NCBI GenBank assembly: GCA_902762295.1
Contig: CACWNX010000001.1
Location: forward strand, 596,094-660,093
From: an uncultured Pseudomonadota bacterium
Lineage (GTDB): Bacteria > Pseudomonadota > Alphaproteobacteria > Rs-D84
Length of the DNA: 64,000 nt
Direction of reading: 5' to 3'
In this document: positions 10,344-20,276 of the stretch, piece after piece
Layout of the letters: each line of letters begins with the position of its first letter
Numbering within the stretch: the first letter of the stretch is position 1
Program-made: the position numbers and the translations under genes
The notes under the pieces: generated by a model
What the model saw: the letters and a program-made list of their open reading frames with translations, nothing else
The model's database searches: none
Told to the model about the DNA's origin: nothing

Positions 10344-11480
10344 TTATTGTTTTTCTAAATTTCTTTTTAATTGCGCAATCTGTGCGGCCAGGTCTTTACC
10401 TTTGTTTAAAACAGACCCCGTTGCGCGTTTTTCGGATTCAGAAATAAATGTTTTAATTGTAGCACGTAAAACCGCATTTTTAGATTTTTCTGTTCCCAAT
10501 TCGCTTTCCAGTTCTGCAATTTGATCTTGCAAATCACGATTTTCACGGTTGCGTTCATCTAATGTCTTGCGAGCATTGGTTGCATATTGTTTGTTTTGTT
10601 CAGATTCTTGTTGCATTTTTTTTAATTCTTGTTCCGCCATTGACAATTCAATAGATGCCTGGGTTTCAAATTGTTGTACATAATCTCGCTGACCATTATT
10701 TAGTATGCTTTCTAAAGAATATTTTTGTTCTGTTTTTTTTGCCAGTGTTCGTATTGCGTTCATATCATCAGCGGATGCACCTTGACGTTGCATTATGCGC
10801 AGTATCTCCTCAACCAACCCCGGCAATGTCAGAACACCGGTATTGCGTATTCTTTCTATATTTGGTGCGTCTTTGTCCAATTCGTGTTTAAGTTCACTAT
10901 CAACCTTTACTGTTTGGTCATTAAACATCTGAATCAGTTCATACGGCGCATCACGATAATATTTGGATTGTTGATTATTTGCCAGTGCAACCGCGTAATT
11001 ATAAACATCATACGGTTTTGCCACCGGATTCATCGCAATCAACCGTTTAATATCAAATTTCAATTCCGGTGATGTTGCCCGCTCTTCAATTACTTTCAAT
11101 AATCGTAACGCATAGTGTTGGTTTTTAATTTTATTGTTTTGAGTCATATGTACAACTGCTAGATACGCATCGTTCAAATTATGTTGTTTATTATCATCGG
11201 CGTATAACACTGTAATAGTTTTGACGATATTCAAGAAATCTGCGGCCTCGGGGGAATCATTATAATCATAATCTTTACGCGCATTCCAATATTGTTTATA
11301 CAACTTTTCGCCGTTTGGACCAAAAGAAGGGGCACTCAGACTGGGCAATTCTGGATTCTGCGCAACCATATTGGGAAAGTAACCTATACGATCTTCGTGT
11401 TTATCTTGTGCGGTAAAAAATGTTTCCAAAAATTCATTAAGATTCATATATTTTGACTGGTTTTGCTTTGGTTCCAACAT
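10344..11480 (-). CDS. hypothetical 378-aa protein with C-terminal coiled coil (ORFan, effector-like)
   Basis: Long ORF. C-terminal 100 aa is heptad-rich (ELKKMQQESEQNKQYATNARKTLDERNRENRDLQDQIAELESELG...). No enzymatic motif recognised. Confidence 0.55.
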   Translation of the reverse strand: MLEPKQNQSKYMNLNEFLETFFTAQDKHEDRIGYFPNMVAQNPELPSLSAPSFGPNGEKLYKQYWNARKDYDYNDSPEAADFLNIVKTITVLYADDNKQHNLNDAYLAVVHMTQNNKIKNQHYALRLLKVIEERATSPELKFDIKRLIAMNPVAKPYDVYNYAVALANNQQSKYYRDAPYELIQMFNDQTVKVDSELKHELDKDAPNIERIRNTGVLTLPGLVEEILRIMQRQGASADDMNAIRTLAKKTEQKYSLESILNNGQRDYVQQFETQASIELSMAEQELKKMQQESEQNKQYATNARKTLDERNRENRDLQDQIAELESELGTEKSKNAVLRATIKTFISESEKRATGSVLNKGKDLAAQIAQLKRNLEKQ

Positions 11481-11537
11481 GAATTTTCTCCTTCGCCTTT
11501 TGATAGATATTATATCATAAAAACATAATGATTAAAA

Positions 11538-11757
11538 GTAAAAACACCGCACAAGGCGATGTTTTTATTTTTATCCTGGCGCACCCAGAAGGATTGTTCG
11601 CGTTGCTCACCACACGTAAGACTCGAACTTCATTTCATTCGTTCTCGTCAACTATCGTGTCGAACCAGGGTTCGCATCCCCGTTGTTCCAACGGTAAAAA
11701 CAAAAACACCGCACAAGGCGATGTTTTTATTTTTATCCTGGCGCACCCAGAAGGATT
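11538..11757. repeat. direct repeat (~56 bp, copies at 11538-11595 and 11700-11757) bracketing a 103-bp insert at the 3' end of tRNA-Arg(ACG)
   Basis: Identical strings aaaaacaccgcacaaggcgatgtttttatttttatcctggcgcacccagaaggatt at both positions. The repeat equals the tRNA 3' terminus (T-loop to CCA) plus its downstream flank. Confidence 0.85.
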
Positions 11758-11815
11758 CGAACCCTCAGTCTTCTGATCCGTAGTCAGACGCTTTATCCAG
11801 TTGAGCTATGGGTGC
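11739..11815 (-). tRNA. tRNA-Arg (anticodon ACG)
   Basis: Acceptor GCACCCA/TGGGTGC, anticodon loop CTACGGA, T-loop TTCGAAT, encoded CCA. Confidence 0.9.
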
Positions 11816-11863
11816 AACGCGTATTATTCTATACCAAAATATTGCGATTGCAAGAAAAATTAT

Positions 11864-12826
11864 TTACATGCTTTCTAATCGGCGGATTCGTTCTGCAATT
11901 GGTGGGTGCGTCGCCAGTATTTTCGACATAAATGCACGTGCGCGACCCGGGTTCGCAATGCAAATATGTGCCATCGCACTTTGTGTTGCAATCGTTTGAA
12001 CATGTGAATTGCCCGATATTTTTCGCAGTGCATCGGCCAATGCACGTGGATTACGCGTAATCATTGCACCCGTTGCATCGGCGGCATATTCACGCCGCCG
12101 CGAAATTGCCATACGCAACACCGGGGTTATAATCAGGTTAAATACCGTGAATGCCAACCATACCATTAACAGCACCGCACCGGTATTATTTTTTTCATCA
12201 CTGTGGTGATTTGTGTATGTAATGTTTCGCAAAATCGTATTTGCAATAAATACCGTCACACCAACACCCGTAATTACCAACATATCCAGTCTAATATCAC
12301 GATTACCAATATGTGCCATTTCGTGTGCAATTACACCTTCTAGTTCGGGTTGACTAAGTTTTTCAATAATTCCACGGGTCAGGGCGATTGTCGCATCACG
12401 TGGCCCGCGTCCCGTTGCAAATGCGTTTAAATGTGAATCCGAAATAACATATACGCGCGGGGTTGGCAGCCCTGCGGCCAGTGCAACATTTTCAACCGAT
12501 TTATAGATATATTTGTAATCTGGGTCGCCTTCATTTATTTGTTTTGCCCCCGCCATATTCAGCATCATTGAATCACCAAAAACCCATGAAATTATCATCC
12601 ATATAACACATACTATACCGGTTGGAATTGCAACCGATACCGCCGTATTCAACGCGTCATTTGCCGGCATAATAATCCAAGTAAACAAAAACACCAATGC
12701 GATAAATATAATCGGAAACAGAATAACCAGTACAGCGGTCTTAATATTGTTTTCGCGAATATGGTCATAAACAGTCTTGATTCTTTTCATGCAAAAAATG
12801 GTATTAGAAAAAAATATTTCCTGCAA
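11864..12826 (-). CDS. htpX: membrane zinc metalloprotease HtpX
   Basis: HEMAHIGNRD (HExxH) between TM segments; M48 family architecture. Confidence 0.85.
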   Translation of the reverse strand: MQEIFFSNTIFCMKRIKTVYDHIRENNIKTAVLVILFPIIFIALVFLFTWIIMPANDALNTAVSVAIPTGIVCVIWMIISWVFGDSMMLNMAGAKQINEGDPDYKYIYKSVENVALAAGLPTPRVYVISDSHLNAFATGRGPRDATIALTRGIIEKLSQPELEGVIAHEMAHIGNRDIRLDMLVITGVGVTVFIANTILRNITYTNHHSDEKNNTGAVLLMVWLAFTVFNLIITPVLRMAISRRREYAADATGAMITRNPRALADALRKISGNSHVQTIATQSAMAHICIANPGRARAFMSKILATHPPIAERIRRLESM

Positions 12827-12865
12827 GATATTTTATTTATTACAAATATATGATAAAATAGTCTT

Positions 12866-13756
12866 ATGAGAATGTCAGGAATTTTTTTTGTTATTATGCT
12901 GATATATGCGCCGGCATTGGCGGGGTTCTTGGAACCAACATCATTTCCAACGGTTGTTTCGGATATGTCGTTTATTGACCGAATGGCGTTGTTGGCATCG
13001 GGGTATGAACAATTTGAATCAGAATATGATGCGGATGGAAACTGTATATCCGGCTGCAGTTATGCCGCCCCAAAACTGGAAGACGAAATTGCCGCAATGG
13101 AACGATGGAACGCGTTGGTGAAACATGAATTGGTTGAAGAATATAACTATACAGAAAATATTGATGGTTCATTGACACCATCATCCCAAATTACTTTTAA
13201 TACCAAACCGTCAATAACTTCTGTATCACAAACACAATTTCCATCACAAAATCCTGTGCCCGCAAATGTTGTTGATAATGCAAATTGTGCGATACGCGCG
13301 GCATCGTTTGGTGACCGTACGATTCCGTTTGGCAGTCCACTTGGCTATGTTTCGTGTATATCATCACCATATGGGGTTAAACGAAATCTGTTCGGAAATA
13401 CTCACATTCACTATGGTATGGATTTGCGAGCGAAAACTGGGACCCCGGTATATGCACCTGCATCGGGTACTGTGACGGTTGTAATGTTAGGAAATGCAAC
13501 ATGTGGTAATGGAATAGTTATTAAACACGCAAACGGATATTCAACCAAGTATTGTCATTTTAGTGCGGTTGCGGTGACCCGCGGTCAACAGGTTTTGGCC
13601 GGATGCATGATTGGACGCGTTGGCAATACTGGGCAAAGTACCGGACCACACCTGCATTACGCGGTGTATAAGGATGGTGGCACAACCAGTAAACATAGTG
13701 TTGATCCAAAATATTTTATTGAGCCCGAAAACCAGTGTTGCCCTGGTAAGTGTTAG
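12866..13756 (+). CDS. M23 (LytM-type) peptidoglycan endopeptidase, secreted
   Basis: Signal peptide. C-terminal HxxxD...HxH arrangement (HIHYGMD ... GPHLHYAV). Confidence 0.8.
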   Translation: MRMSGIFFVIMLIYAPALAGFLEPTSFPTVVSDMSFIDRMALLASGYEQFESEYDADGNCISGCSYAAPKLEDEIAAMERWNALVKHELVEEYNYTENIDGSLTPSSQITFNTKPSITSVSQTQFPSQNPVPANVVDNANCAIRAASFGDRTIPFGSPLGYVSCISSPYGVKRNLFGNTHIHYGMDLRAKTGTPVYAPASGTVTVVMLGNATCGNGIVIKHANGYSTKYCHFSAVAVTRGQQVLAGCMIGRVGNTGQSTGPHLHYAVYKDGGTTSKHSVDPKYFIEPENQCCPGKC

Positions 13757-14147
13757 AAATATTTTTACGGAATTTGACGGCAAAACTGCCGTTGTTGATT
13801 GGATTGTATGACACAATATATGGTGCCAAGATGCTGTCGCGAACCCATTCTTGAAATTTAATTTTTAATATACCACTTGCGCCGGTGATAATTGTTGCCG
13901 TTTTTGTACCAGATTTTGCCAGATCCATAATTTCAGTCCATGCCTGTTCAATGGTATGCATGTGCAAGTCCAGTATTGCATGCGATGGAACACGAACCGG
14001 ATGCGGAATGCGTTGCGACAAATGCAATTCACCCCGCACCCGTTTGCGAATATCATCATTATTTGGCGCAAATTCTGCCCCAATCATTTCAGCAATATCT
14101 TGGTCGGTCAATTTTCGCATATTTATTTTTCCAGTTTTTTTGTCCAA
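13716..14147 (-). CDS. Smr-domain protein
   Basis: LDLHMHTIEQAW...IITGASG resembles the Smr (MutS2 C-terminal) nuclease-domain core. Overlaps the bamD 3' end by about 25 nt. Confidence 0.55.
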   Translation of the reverse strand: MDKKTGKINMRKLTDQDIAEMIGAEFAPNNDDIRKRVRGELHLSQRIPHPVRVPSHAILDLHMHTIEQAWTEIMDLAKSGTKTATIITGASGILKIKFQEWVRDSILAPYIVSYNPINNGSFAVKFRKNISNTYQGNTGFRAQ

Positions 14148-14848
14148 TCATTGTCTGGAAAATTCAGTTTTAGCATTTCTGCATAACCCGCCGCCTGTTC
14201 TGGGAAACCAATTGCGGTATAGGCCTGGGTCAAACGATAAATTGCTTCGGGTGTCATAACGGTTTCTTGGGCATCGGTCACAACGGATTGCAGTTTTGTA
14301 ATCGCACTTGCCCAGTTTTCTTTGCGCATATCAACGCGTGCCGAATACATTACTTTTCCGGCGATATAGTTTTTCAATATTGTAATCTTGTTTTTTGCAT
14401 TTTTTGCATAAGACGATTTCGGAAAACGATCAACTAATTGTTGGAACTGTTGCAGGGCATAGACCGACATACCCGGTTCACGACGAACATCGCTTACCTG
14501 GCGATAATAACACATTCCACGCAGATACAGCATATATGGAACATCTTTGTGCCCGGGGTGAAAGCGCATAAATCGGTCAACGGTCAATATTGCACCGGCA
14601 AAATCGTTATCCAAGTATTGTGAATACGCCGCCATAATCAACGCATCGGCGGCCCATGGACTTGCCGGGTATTGGGTTTCAACGGTTAAAAACTTTTCGG
14701 CGGCATCATCATAGTCTTTATCTTCAAATTCGGCATATGCCGTGTCAAAAAGATTGTCAATTGGTTCGTATGGAACAATTTTCTGGGAATCTTCGGCACA
14801 GCCTGCAAGGATTGTGCCAGTTAAACAAATTAAAAATATTTTTTTCAT
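14123..14848 (-). CDS. bamD: outer-membrane assembly lipoprotein BamD (YfiO), TPR-containing
   Basis: Lipobox LAGC after a signal peptide; TPR-like repeats. Start set at ATG 14848 (MKKIFLICLTG...), which has an AGGA SD; the ORF-track start at 14920 lacks one. Confidence 0.75.
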   Translation of the reverse strand: MKKIFLICLTGTILAGCAEDSQKIVPYEPIDNLFDTAYAEFEDKDYDDAAEKFLTVETQYPASPWAADALIMAAYSQYLDNDFAGAILTVDRFMRFHPGHKDVPYMLYLRGMCYYRQVSDVRREPGMSVYALQQFQQLVDRFPKSSYAKNAKNKITILKNYIAGKVMYSARVDMRKENWASAITKLQSVVTDAQETVMTPEAIYRLTQAYTAIGFPEQAAGYAEMLKLNFPDNDWTKKLEK

Positions 14849-14902
14849 TTCTTTATATTCCTGTCTTGATTTTGTTTCTCTGGGTCTAGTATAATCCAAA
14901 CT

Positions 14903-16366
14903 ATGAAACTTGGCAAACATATTTTCGGGGTCGGCCTGATGACCGGTATAAGTCGCATATTCGGATTTGTTCGTGATATGCTTATTGCGCGTGTGTTGGG
15001 CGCAGGACGACTTTCCGATATATTTTTGGCGGCATTTAAATTGCCGAATCTGTTTCGTGATTTATTGGGCGAGGGCGCATTATCGGTTATTTTTATTCCA
15101 ATGTATACCGATTGCAAAAAGGATGAATCTTTTGCCAAAAATGTGTTTTCATGGTTGATTGTGGTGTTGCTTGGTATCACATTGGTCTTTGAAATATTTA
15201 TGCCGTTGATTGTATGGGGTCTGGCACCCGGATTTTCCGAGGTTCCCGGTAAAATGGAATTAACCGTTATTATATCGCGTATAATGTTTTTTTATGTGAT
15301 TTTTGTGTGTGCGGCGGCATTTTTATCGGCGATTCTGAATGCTTTTTCGCGTTTTATGTTGGCGGCATTTATGCCGGTTATGTTGAATATTATGCTGATT
15401 TTGGCATTGGTTGCATCTATGCATTTGGGTGTATCAGATACTGTTCTTTACATTATGGCGGGAACGGTGGTTCTGTCTGGGATAATCCAGTGTATCGTGC
15501 TTTGGCTGCGAATTCGGCATAAACATTTTGGATTGCATTTGGTCATTCCGCGTTGGACAAATGGAATCAAGACGATGTTTAAACGTCTTGGGGTAAGTAT
15601 TATTGGTAATGGTTTCTATCAGATAACAATCATACTGGGTACATTGGTGGCAAGTTTTGAAAGCGGTGCAGTTTCGTGGTTGTATTATTCTGACCGCATT
15701 GTCCAGTTGCCATTTGCGATGATTGGTTTGGCGGTTGGGACGGTTTTGATGTCGTCCATATCAAATGCGCTTTCGGAAAAAAATATGCGCAGTGTTTATA
15801 TCCAGCAAAATTCGTCTATGCGCCAATCTATGATGTTGATAATGCCGTGTGTGGCGGGTTTGTTTGTATTGGCGGAACCAATTATCAAGTATTTGTTTGA
15901 ATATGGTGCATGGACTGCGCATTCTACACACGCGGTTGCGGTTGCAATTATGATTCAGATTTTTGTTTTGCCTGTGATGTTAATAAGTCAGATTTATAGC
16001 AAGACTCTTTACGCATCCCAGGATGTAAAAACACCGGTTAAAACCAGTATGATTTCACTGGGGGTTGCATCGGTAATATATGTTGGTTTGTTCTGGTTTG
16101 TTGGATATCTGGCAATACCAATTGGAATTGTAATCAGTGGTTATGTCAAAAATTACTTGCTGGGGCGGGCATGCCGCCGGCGCGGACTGATTAAACCGGA
16201 TGGTCGAACAATTCGTGCAATGGTTGTATTTGGATTGTTGTCGGCAATATTGGGTTTGGGGCTTTGGTTTATCCCGATAACCAGTGTTTTCACACTCGGT
16301 TTGGCAATCGTCGGATTTGGAATTGTGTATTTACCTGTTGCGTTTTTATTGAATCGAAAAATATAA
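14903..16366 (+). CDS. murJ: lipid II flippase MurJ (MviN)
   Basis: MKLGKHIFGVGLMTGISRIFGFVRDMLIARVLGAG...: canonical MurJ N-terminus; about 14 TM segments. Confidence 0.9.
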   Translation: MKLGKHIFGVGLMTGISRIFGFVRDMLIARVLGAGRLSDIFLAAFKLPNLFRDLLGEGALSVIFIPMYTDCKKDESFAKNVFSWLIVVLLGITLVFEIFMPLIVWGLAPGFSEVPGKMELTVIISRIMFFYVIFVCAAAFLSAILNAFSRFMLAAFMPVMLNIMLILALVASMHLGVSDTVLYIMAGTVVLSGIIQCIVLWLRIRHKHFGLHLVIPRWTNGIKTMFKRLGVSIIGNGFYQITIILGTLVASFESGAVSWLYYSDRIVQLPFAMIGLAVGTVLMSSISNALSEKNMRSVYIQQNSSMRQSMMLIMPCVAGLFVLAEPIIKYLFEYGAWTAHSTHAVAVAIMIQIFVLPVMLISQIYSKTLYASQDVKTPVKTSMISLGVASVIYVGLFWFVGYLAIPIGIVISGYVKNYLLGRACRRRGLIKPDGRTIRAMVVFGLLSAILGLGLWFIPITSVFTLGLAIVGFGIVYLPVAFLLNRKI

Positions 16367-16434
16367 TTAAAAAAAGTTGAAAGACGACTTTTTATGTGAT
16401 ACAATATCCTTATAAGAATGTAAGGAGTCCTTAA

Positions 16435-17307
16435 ATGAAAAAATTAGTATCTTTTACGGTTTTGGCTGCATTGCTTGGCGGCTGTATTGAAACGACACCG
16501 ACAACATCGGAATATGGTTCGGATGGTTTCGGCGAAGAAACACTGGCCACCGAAAGTTTTAATGACACATATCTGATGGCACCGGCACCGCGCTACTATA
16601 TTGGTAATGCGTACAAAGTGGAAGATGTTCAATATATTCCAACCGAAGATTTTACATATAATCAGACCGGTATGGCGGGTATAATTCCGTCCGAATTGAA
16701 TGGTACAAAAACCAGTAACGGCGAAACATACGACATGAATCAAATGGCCGCAACCAGCAAGACTTTGCCATTGCCAACAATTGCCAAGGTCACAAACCTG
16801 GAAAATGGGGAAAGTGTGGTTGTTCGTGTGAATAATCGTGGCCCGTTTGTGAATACTCGTATTATGGATTTGTCTGTGGCGGCGGCCCAGAAAATTGGTT
16901 TGACCAACCAAACCAGGGTTCAGATTCAGGTTCTGCCTGAACAGTCATTGGCGGTAAAGAATGCAACACTGGGCAAAACCGAACAAGTGACCGCAACCGA
17001 AGAAGTTGTTGTCGCGCAACCGACACCAGAGCCGGCACCCGCCCCGGTCCAGGTTGTACCCCAAGGGGGTGAATACAGTGTCCAGGTCGCGGCATTCTAT
17101 GCCGAAGACAGTGCCGATGCATTGGTCGCCCGTCTGCGTAACTATGGCAATGCAACCGTTGTCAAAGAAGGTGACATGTATAAGGTTCGCATTGTTAACC
17201 TGAATGCGTCCGAAGCGCGTCGCGTGATTGACAGCCTGCGCAGTAATGAAGGTATGGCGCCGGGACTGTTAAAGAACGGTCGTTGGGTCAACGCGGACAG
17301 CATTTAA
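16435..17307 (+). CDS. rlpA: septal ring lytic transglycosylase RlpA-like lipoprotein with C-terminal SPOR domain
   Basis: Lipobox LGGC. DPBB fold region (GETYDMNQMAA...VVVRVNNRGPF). Pro-rich linker. C-terminal SPOR-like EYSVQVAAFYAEDSADALVARLRNYG. Confidence 0.75.
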   Translation: MKKLVSFTVLAALLGGCIETTPTTSEYGSDGFGEETLATESFNDTYLMAPAPRYYIGNAYKVEDVQYIPTEDFTYNQTGMAGIIPSELNGTKTSNGETYDMNQMAATSKTLPLPTIAKVTNLENGESVVVRVNNRGPFVNTRIMDLSVAAAQKIGLTNQTRVQIQVLPEQSLAVKNATLGKTEQVTATEEVVVAQPTPEPAPAPVQVVPQGGEYSVQVAAFYAEDSADALVARLRNYGNATVVKEGDMYKVRIVNLNASEARRVIDSLRSNEGMAPGLLKNGRWVNADSI

Positions 17308-17324
17308 TAATCTAATAGTTTACT

Positions 17325-17352
17325 AAAAAAAATCCCCGCAAAACGCGGGGAT
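17325..17352. terminator. bidirectional intrinsic terminator between convergent rlpA and dCMP deaminase genes
   Basis: aaaaaatccccgcaaaacgcggggattatttattt: hairpin flanked by A/T runs on both sides. Confidence 0.6.
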
Positions 17353-17355
17353 TAT

Positions 17356-17853
17356 TTATTTAGATTTTATGTTATTCACCCCAAGTGATTTATAAATAAC
17401 ACCGGCCTCGTCAAACATTTTAAATGAAATTTCTAATTTGTCACGCCATCCGGGAATATTTTGGGTTTTGTCTGTCGGCATATCCATGTATATTACTTCG
17501 CGAATACCACTTTGGATAATTCCGCGGGCACAGTCTGCACACGGTGGAAATGTCACATACATAATGCAATTTTTGACCGATGCGCCATATAAACTGGCAT
17601 TATAAATCGCATTTCGTTCGGCATGTTCGGTAAAATCGTATTTTGCCGGGCGCAGTTTGCGTGCCGGAATTGTATCATCAACGCCGCGCGGAAATCCATT
17701 GTAGCCTGTTGACCGAATTTCTTTATCGGGACCAATTATCACGCATCCGACCTTGGTGCTGGTATCTTTGAACCATGTCGCAATCATTTTTGCTAGTTCC
17801 ATAAATCGTGCATCCCATACATCCGAAAAAGTGAATCTAGGTTTCTTTGCCAT
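17356..17853 (-). CDS. dCMP deaminase / ComEB-type cytidine-deoxycytidylate deaminase
   Basis: Zinc-binding HAERNAI ... PCADCARGI motifs of the CMP/dCMP deaminase family. Confidence 0.8.
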   Translation of the reverse strand: MAKKPRFTFSDVWDARFMELAKMIATWFKDTSTKVGCVIIGPDKEIRSTGYNGFPRGVDDTIPARKLRPAKYDFTEHAERNAIYNASLYGASVKNCIMYVTFPPCADCARGIIQSGIREVIYMDMPTDKTQNIPGWRDKLEISFKMFDEAGVIYKSLGVNNIKSK

Positions 17854-17942
17854 ACGAACTCCTTTTAGCCGAATCTACAATAAATTAGGGATTTTTCAAG
17901 TTTTTTGTTCACTTTTGAAATTTGTGTGCTATTGTTTACGAC

Positions 17943-18836
17943 ATGACCAAGACATATTCTGGATTTATTGCGATTATTGGGCCAACTAATGCCGGAAAAA
18001 GCACCCTGATGAATCAAATCATGGGGCGCAAGGTTTCTATTGTTTCGCATAAGGTTCAAACCACACGGACAACCCTGCGGGCGGTAAAAATGGTTGGTGC
18101 GCGGCAACTGATTTTTGTGGATACACCGGGAATTTTTCGCCCCAATCGTCGATTGGACCGTGCAATGGTGTCGGCGGCGATGGATGCGCTTTCTGATGCG
18201 GATGCGGTATTACTGATTATCGATGCAACCAAGGGGATTACAGAAACTGTGCGAAATCTGATTGAAAAAATTCGTGAACATAAAAATATTTTTGTCGCGT
18301 TAAATAAAACGGATTCTGTGAAAAAGCCTGATTTATTGCCGATTGCCGCGGAATTAAATGAAATGGCGAATTTTCGTGAAATATTTATGATTTCGGCAAT
18401 GAAAAACGATGGTATCGCGGAAATGCTAAATGCGTTGGCATCCGTTATGCCGGAATCTCCGTACTTATTTGATGCGGCGGACACTGTGGATGTGCCGGAT
18501 AATCTCTATTTGGCAGAATTAACACGGGAAAAGATTTATCGCTTCATTCATCAAGAATTGCCTTATCATATAAATGTTGTGACCGAGCGCGTTGATGTTG
18601 ATGACGAAGGTGTCTTGGACATATATCAAAAAATTGTTGTGAAAAGTGAAGGGCACAAGAAAATTGTTGTTGGTCGTGGTGGTGCGCAATTAAAGAAAAT
18701 TGGAACGGCGGCGCGCCATGATATCCAAGACCAATGGGGGGTAAACGCGCGATTGCACCTGTTTGTGCGGGTTGAAGAAAACTGGGAAGATATCGCCGAA
18801 AATTACACTGACCAAGGTTTAGAGTTTAAAAAATAA
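17943..18836 (+). CDS. era: GTPase Era
   Basis: G1 GPTNAGKST, G3 DTPG, G4 NKTD, C-terminal KH domain. ATG at 17943 preferred over the TTG at 17922. Confidence 0.9.
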   Translation: MTKTYSGFIAIIGPTNAGKSTLMNQIMGRKVSIVSHKVQTTRTTLRAVKMVGARQLIFVDTPGIFRPNRRLDRAMVSAAMDALSDADAVLLIIDATKGITETVRNLIEKIREHKNIFVALNKTDSVKKPDLLPIAAELNEMANFREIFMISAMKNDGIAEMLNALASVMPESPYLFDAADTVDVPDNLYLAELTREKIYRFIHQELPYHINVVTERVDVDDEGVLDIYQKIVVKSEGHKKIVVGRGGAQLKKIGTAARHDIQDQWGVNARLHLFVRVEENWEDIAENYTDQGLEFKK

Positions 18837-18847
18837 AGGGTAAAAAA

Positions 18848-19261
18848 ATGAAAAAACATCAAAACATAAAAATTCGTCCGGGCTATAAAACACTTGCAAC
18901 GATTTTGTTATTTGGATTGGCGGGTTGTAAAAAGTACGAACATAAAAACGTGATCACCGGAATAGGGGCGATTGAAAATCAAAAAATTCTTTTGTTAGAT
19001 GATGTCGAAACAGGTATCGAAAGAATTTACAATGTTCCTAAAACTTGTGATTTTTATGACTGGTTACAATTGGGTGATACTGTGATAATTTATGTTGGTC
19101 CTGATGTTTATCCTGGACTAGAGAAATATTATCAAAAAGATCGTATTTTGGACGAAAACTTTGCTCGCCTTCGCTACAATACTGACAGTATTTACGCAAG
19201 GAAACAACGCAAAAAGTTTAGCGACATGAAACAAAAAATGTTCGAAGAAAATCAAAGATAA
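18848..19261 (+). CDS. small lipoprotein, unknown function
   Basis: Lipobox LAGC after a hydrophobic N-terminus. Immediately followed by queA (start overlaps the stop). Confidence 0.5.
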   Translation: MKKHQNIKIRPGYKTLATILLFGLAGCKKYEHKNVITGIGAIENQKILLLDDVETGIERIYNVPKTCDFYDWLQLGDTVIIYVGPDVYPGLEKYYQKDRILDENFARLRYNTDSIYARKQRKKFSDMKQKMFEENQR

Positions 19262-20275
19262 ATGCTGCATACATCGGATTTTGATTTTGAATTGCCAACC
19301 GAATTGATTGCATCACACCCATTGGAACGGCGCGATGCATCGCGTATGTTGGTGGTTCGCGATAGTGGTGTTGAAGATAAACATATTCGTGATTTTTTGG
19401 ATTACCTGCGACCCGGTGATGTGGTTGTGTTTAATAACTCTCGTGTTATTCCGGCGCGCTTTGATGCGGACGGACATGAAATCACACTGCATACTGCGCT
19501 AGATGATAAAAATTGGTGGGGGCTGTGTAAAAAATTTAATAAAATAAATATCGGCGACATATTAACAATGACCGACGGTACAACGATTACGGTTGTTGAT
19601 AAAGATGATGAAAGCGGATTGTTGTTGCGGTTTAATTGCGATAATGTTTTTGATGTGCTGGGGCGCATCGGCAAAATGCCATTGCCGCCATATATGAAGC
19701 GTGAAGCCGAGATTGCCGACCAAACACGTTATCAAACGGTCTATGCCGACCCATTGGGTTCTATGGCGGCACCAACTGCGGGACTGCATTTTACGCCCGA
19801 ATTGATGGCGGAAATTGAAAATCGTGGCGCAAAAATTGTAAAGATAACTTTACATGTTGGCGCGGGTACATGGATGCCGGTCAAGACCGAAAATCTTTCC
19901 GAACATAAAATGCACAGCGAATGGTGCTGTATCACACCAGAGCAGGCAGACATTATAAACAACGCCACGCGTGTAATCGCCGTTGGCACAACGACACTCC
20001 GCACACTGGAAAGTGCCGCCCGAAATGCCACCGGTGGGGCGCGCGTTGCGCCAATTTGCCGGACAACCGATATATTTATTACACCGGGTTATAAATTTCG
20101 TGCGGTTGATGTGTTGTTAACGAACTTTCATTTACCAAAATCTACATTGTTTATGTTGGTGTCGGCGTTTTCGGGCCTGGATGAGATGAAGGCGGCATAT
20201 GCCCACGCCGTTGCAGAAAAATATAGATTTTTCAGTTATGGCGATTGTTGTTTGTTGTTTAGAAAGGATACATAA
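19262..20275 (+). CDS. queA: S-adenosylmethionine:tRNA ribosyltransferase-isomerase
   Basis: Characteristic QueA N-terminus (FDFELP..LIA..P...RD.SRLL) and length; adjacent to tgt. Confidence 0.9.
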   Translation: MLHTSDFDFELPTELIASHPLERRDASRMLVVRDSGVEDKHIRDFLDYLRPGDVVVFNNSRVIPARFDADGHEITLHTALDDKNWWGLCKKFNKINIGDILTMTDGTTITVVDKDDESGLLLRFNCDNVFDVLGRIGKMPLPPYMKREAEIADQTRYQTVYADPLGSMAAPTAGLHFTPELMAEIENRGAKIVKITLHVGAGTWMPVKTENLSEHKMHSEWCCITPEQADIINNATRVIAVGTTTLRTLESAARNATGGARVAPICRTTDIFITPGYKFRAVDVLLTNFHLPKSTLFMLVSAFSGLDEMKAAYAHAVAEKYRFFSYGDCCLLFRKDT

Positions 20276-20276
20276 T

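Noticed and set aside
11596-11699. Possibility that the Arg(ACG) insert (and the related Lys insert) is a tmRNA (ssrA) or two-piece tmRNA segment
   Set aside because: Although it starts GGGG...GGTTCGAC like a tmRNA 5' end, I could find no tag-peptide reading frame ending in the usual ...AA-stop, no resume-codon context and no pseudoknot-sized body. It is more parsimoniously a pseudo-tRNA fragment.
20199-20276. Upstream extension of tgt (ORF-track start 20199)
   Set aside because: It overlaps the queA 3' end by 77 nt, adds a hydrophobic non-conserved peptide, and the conserved Tgt N-terminus begins at ATG 20277, which has its own SD.
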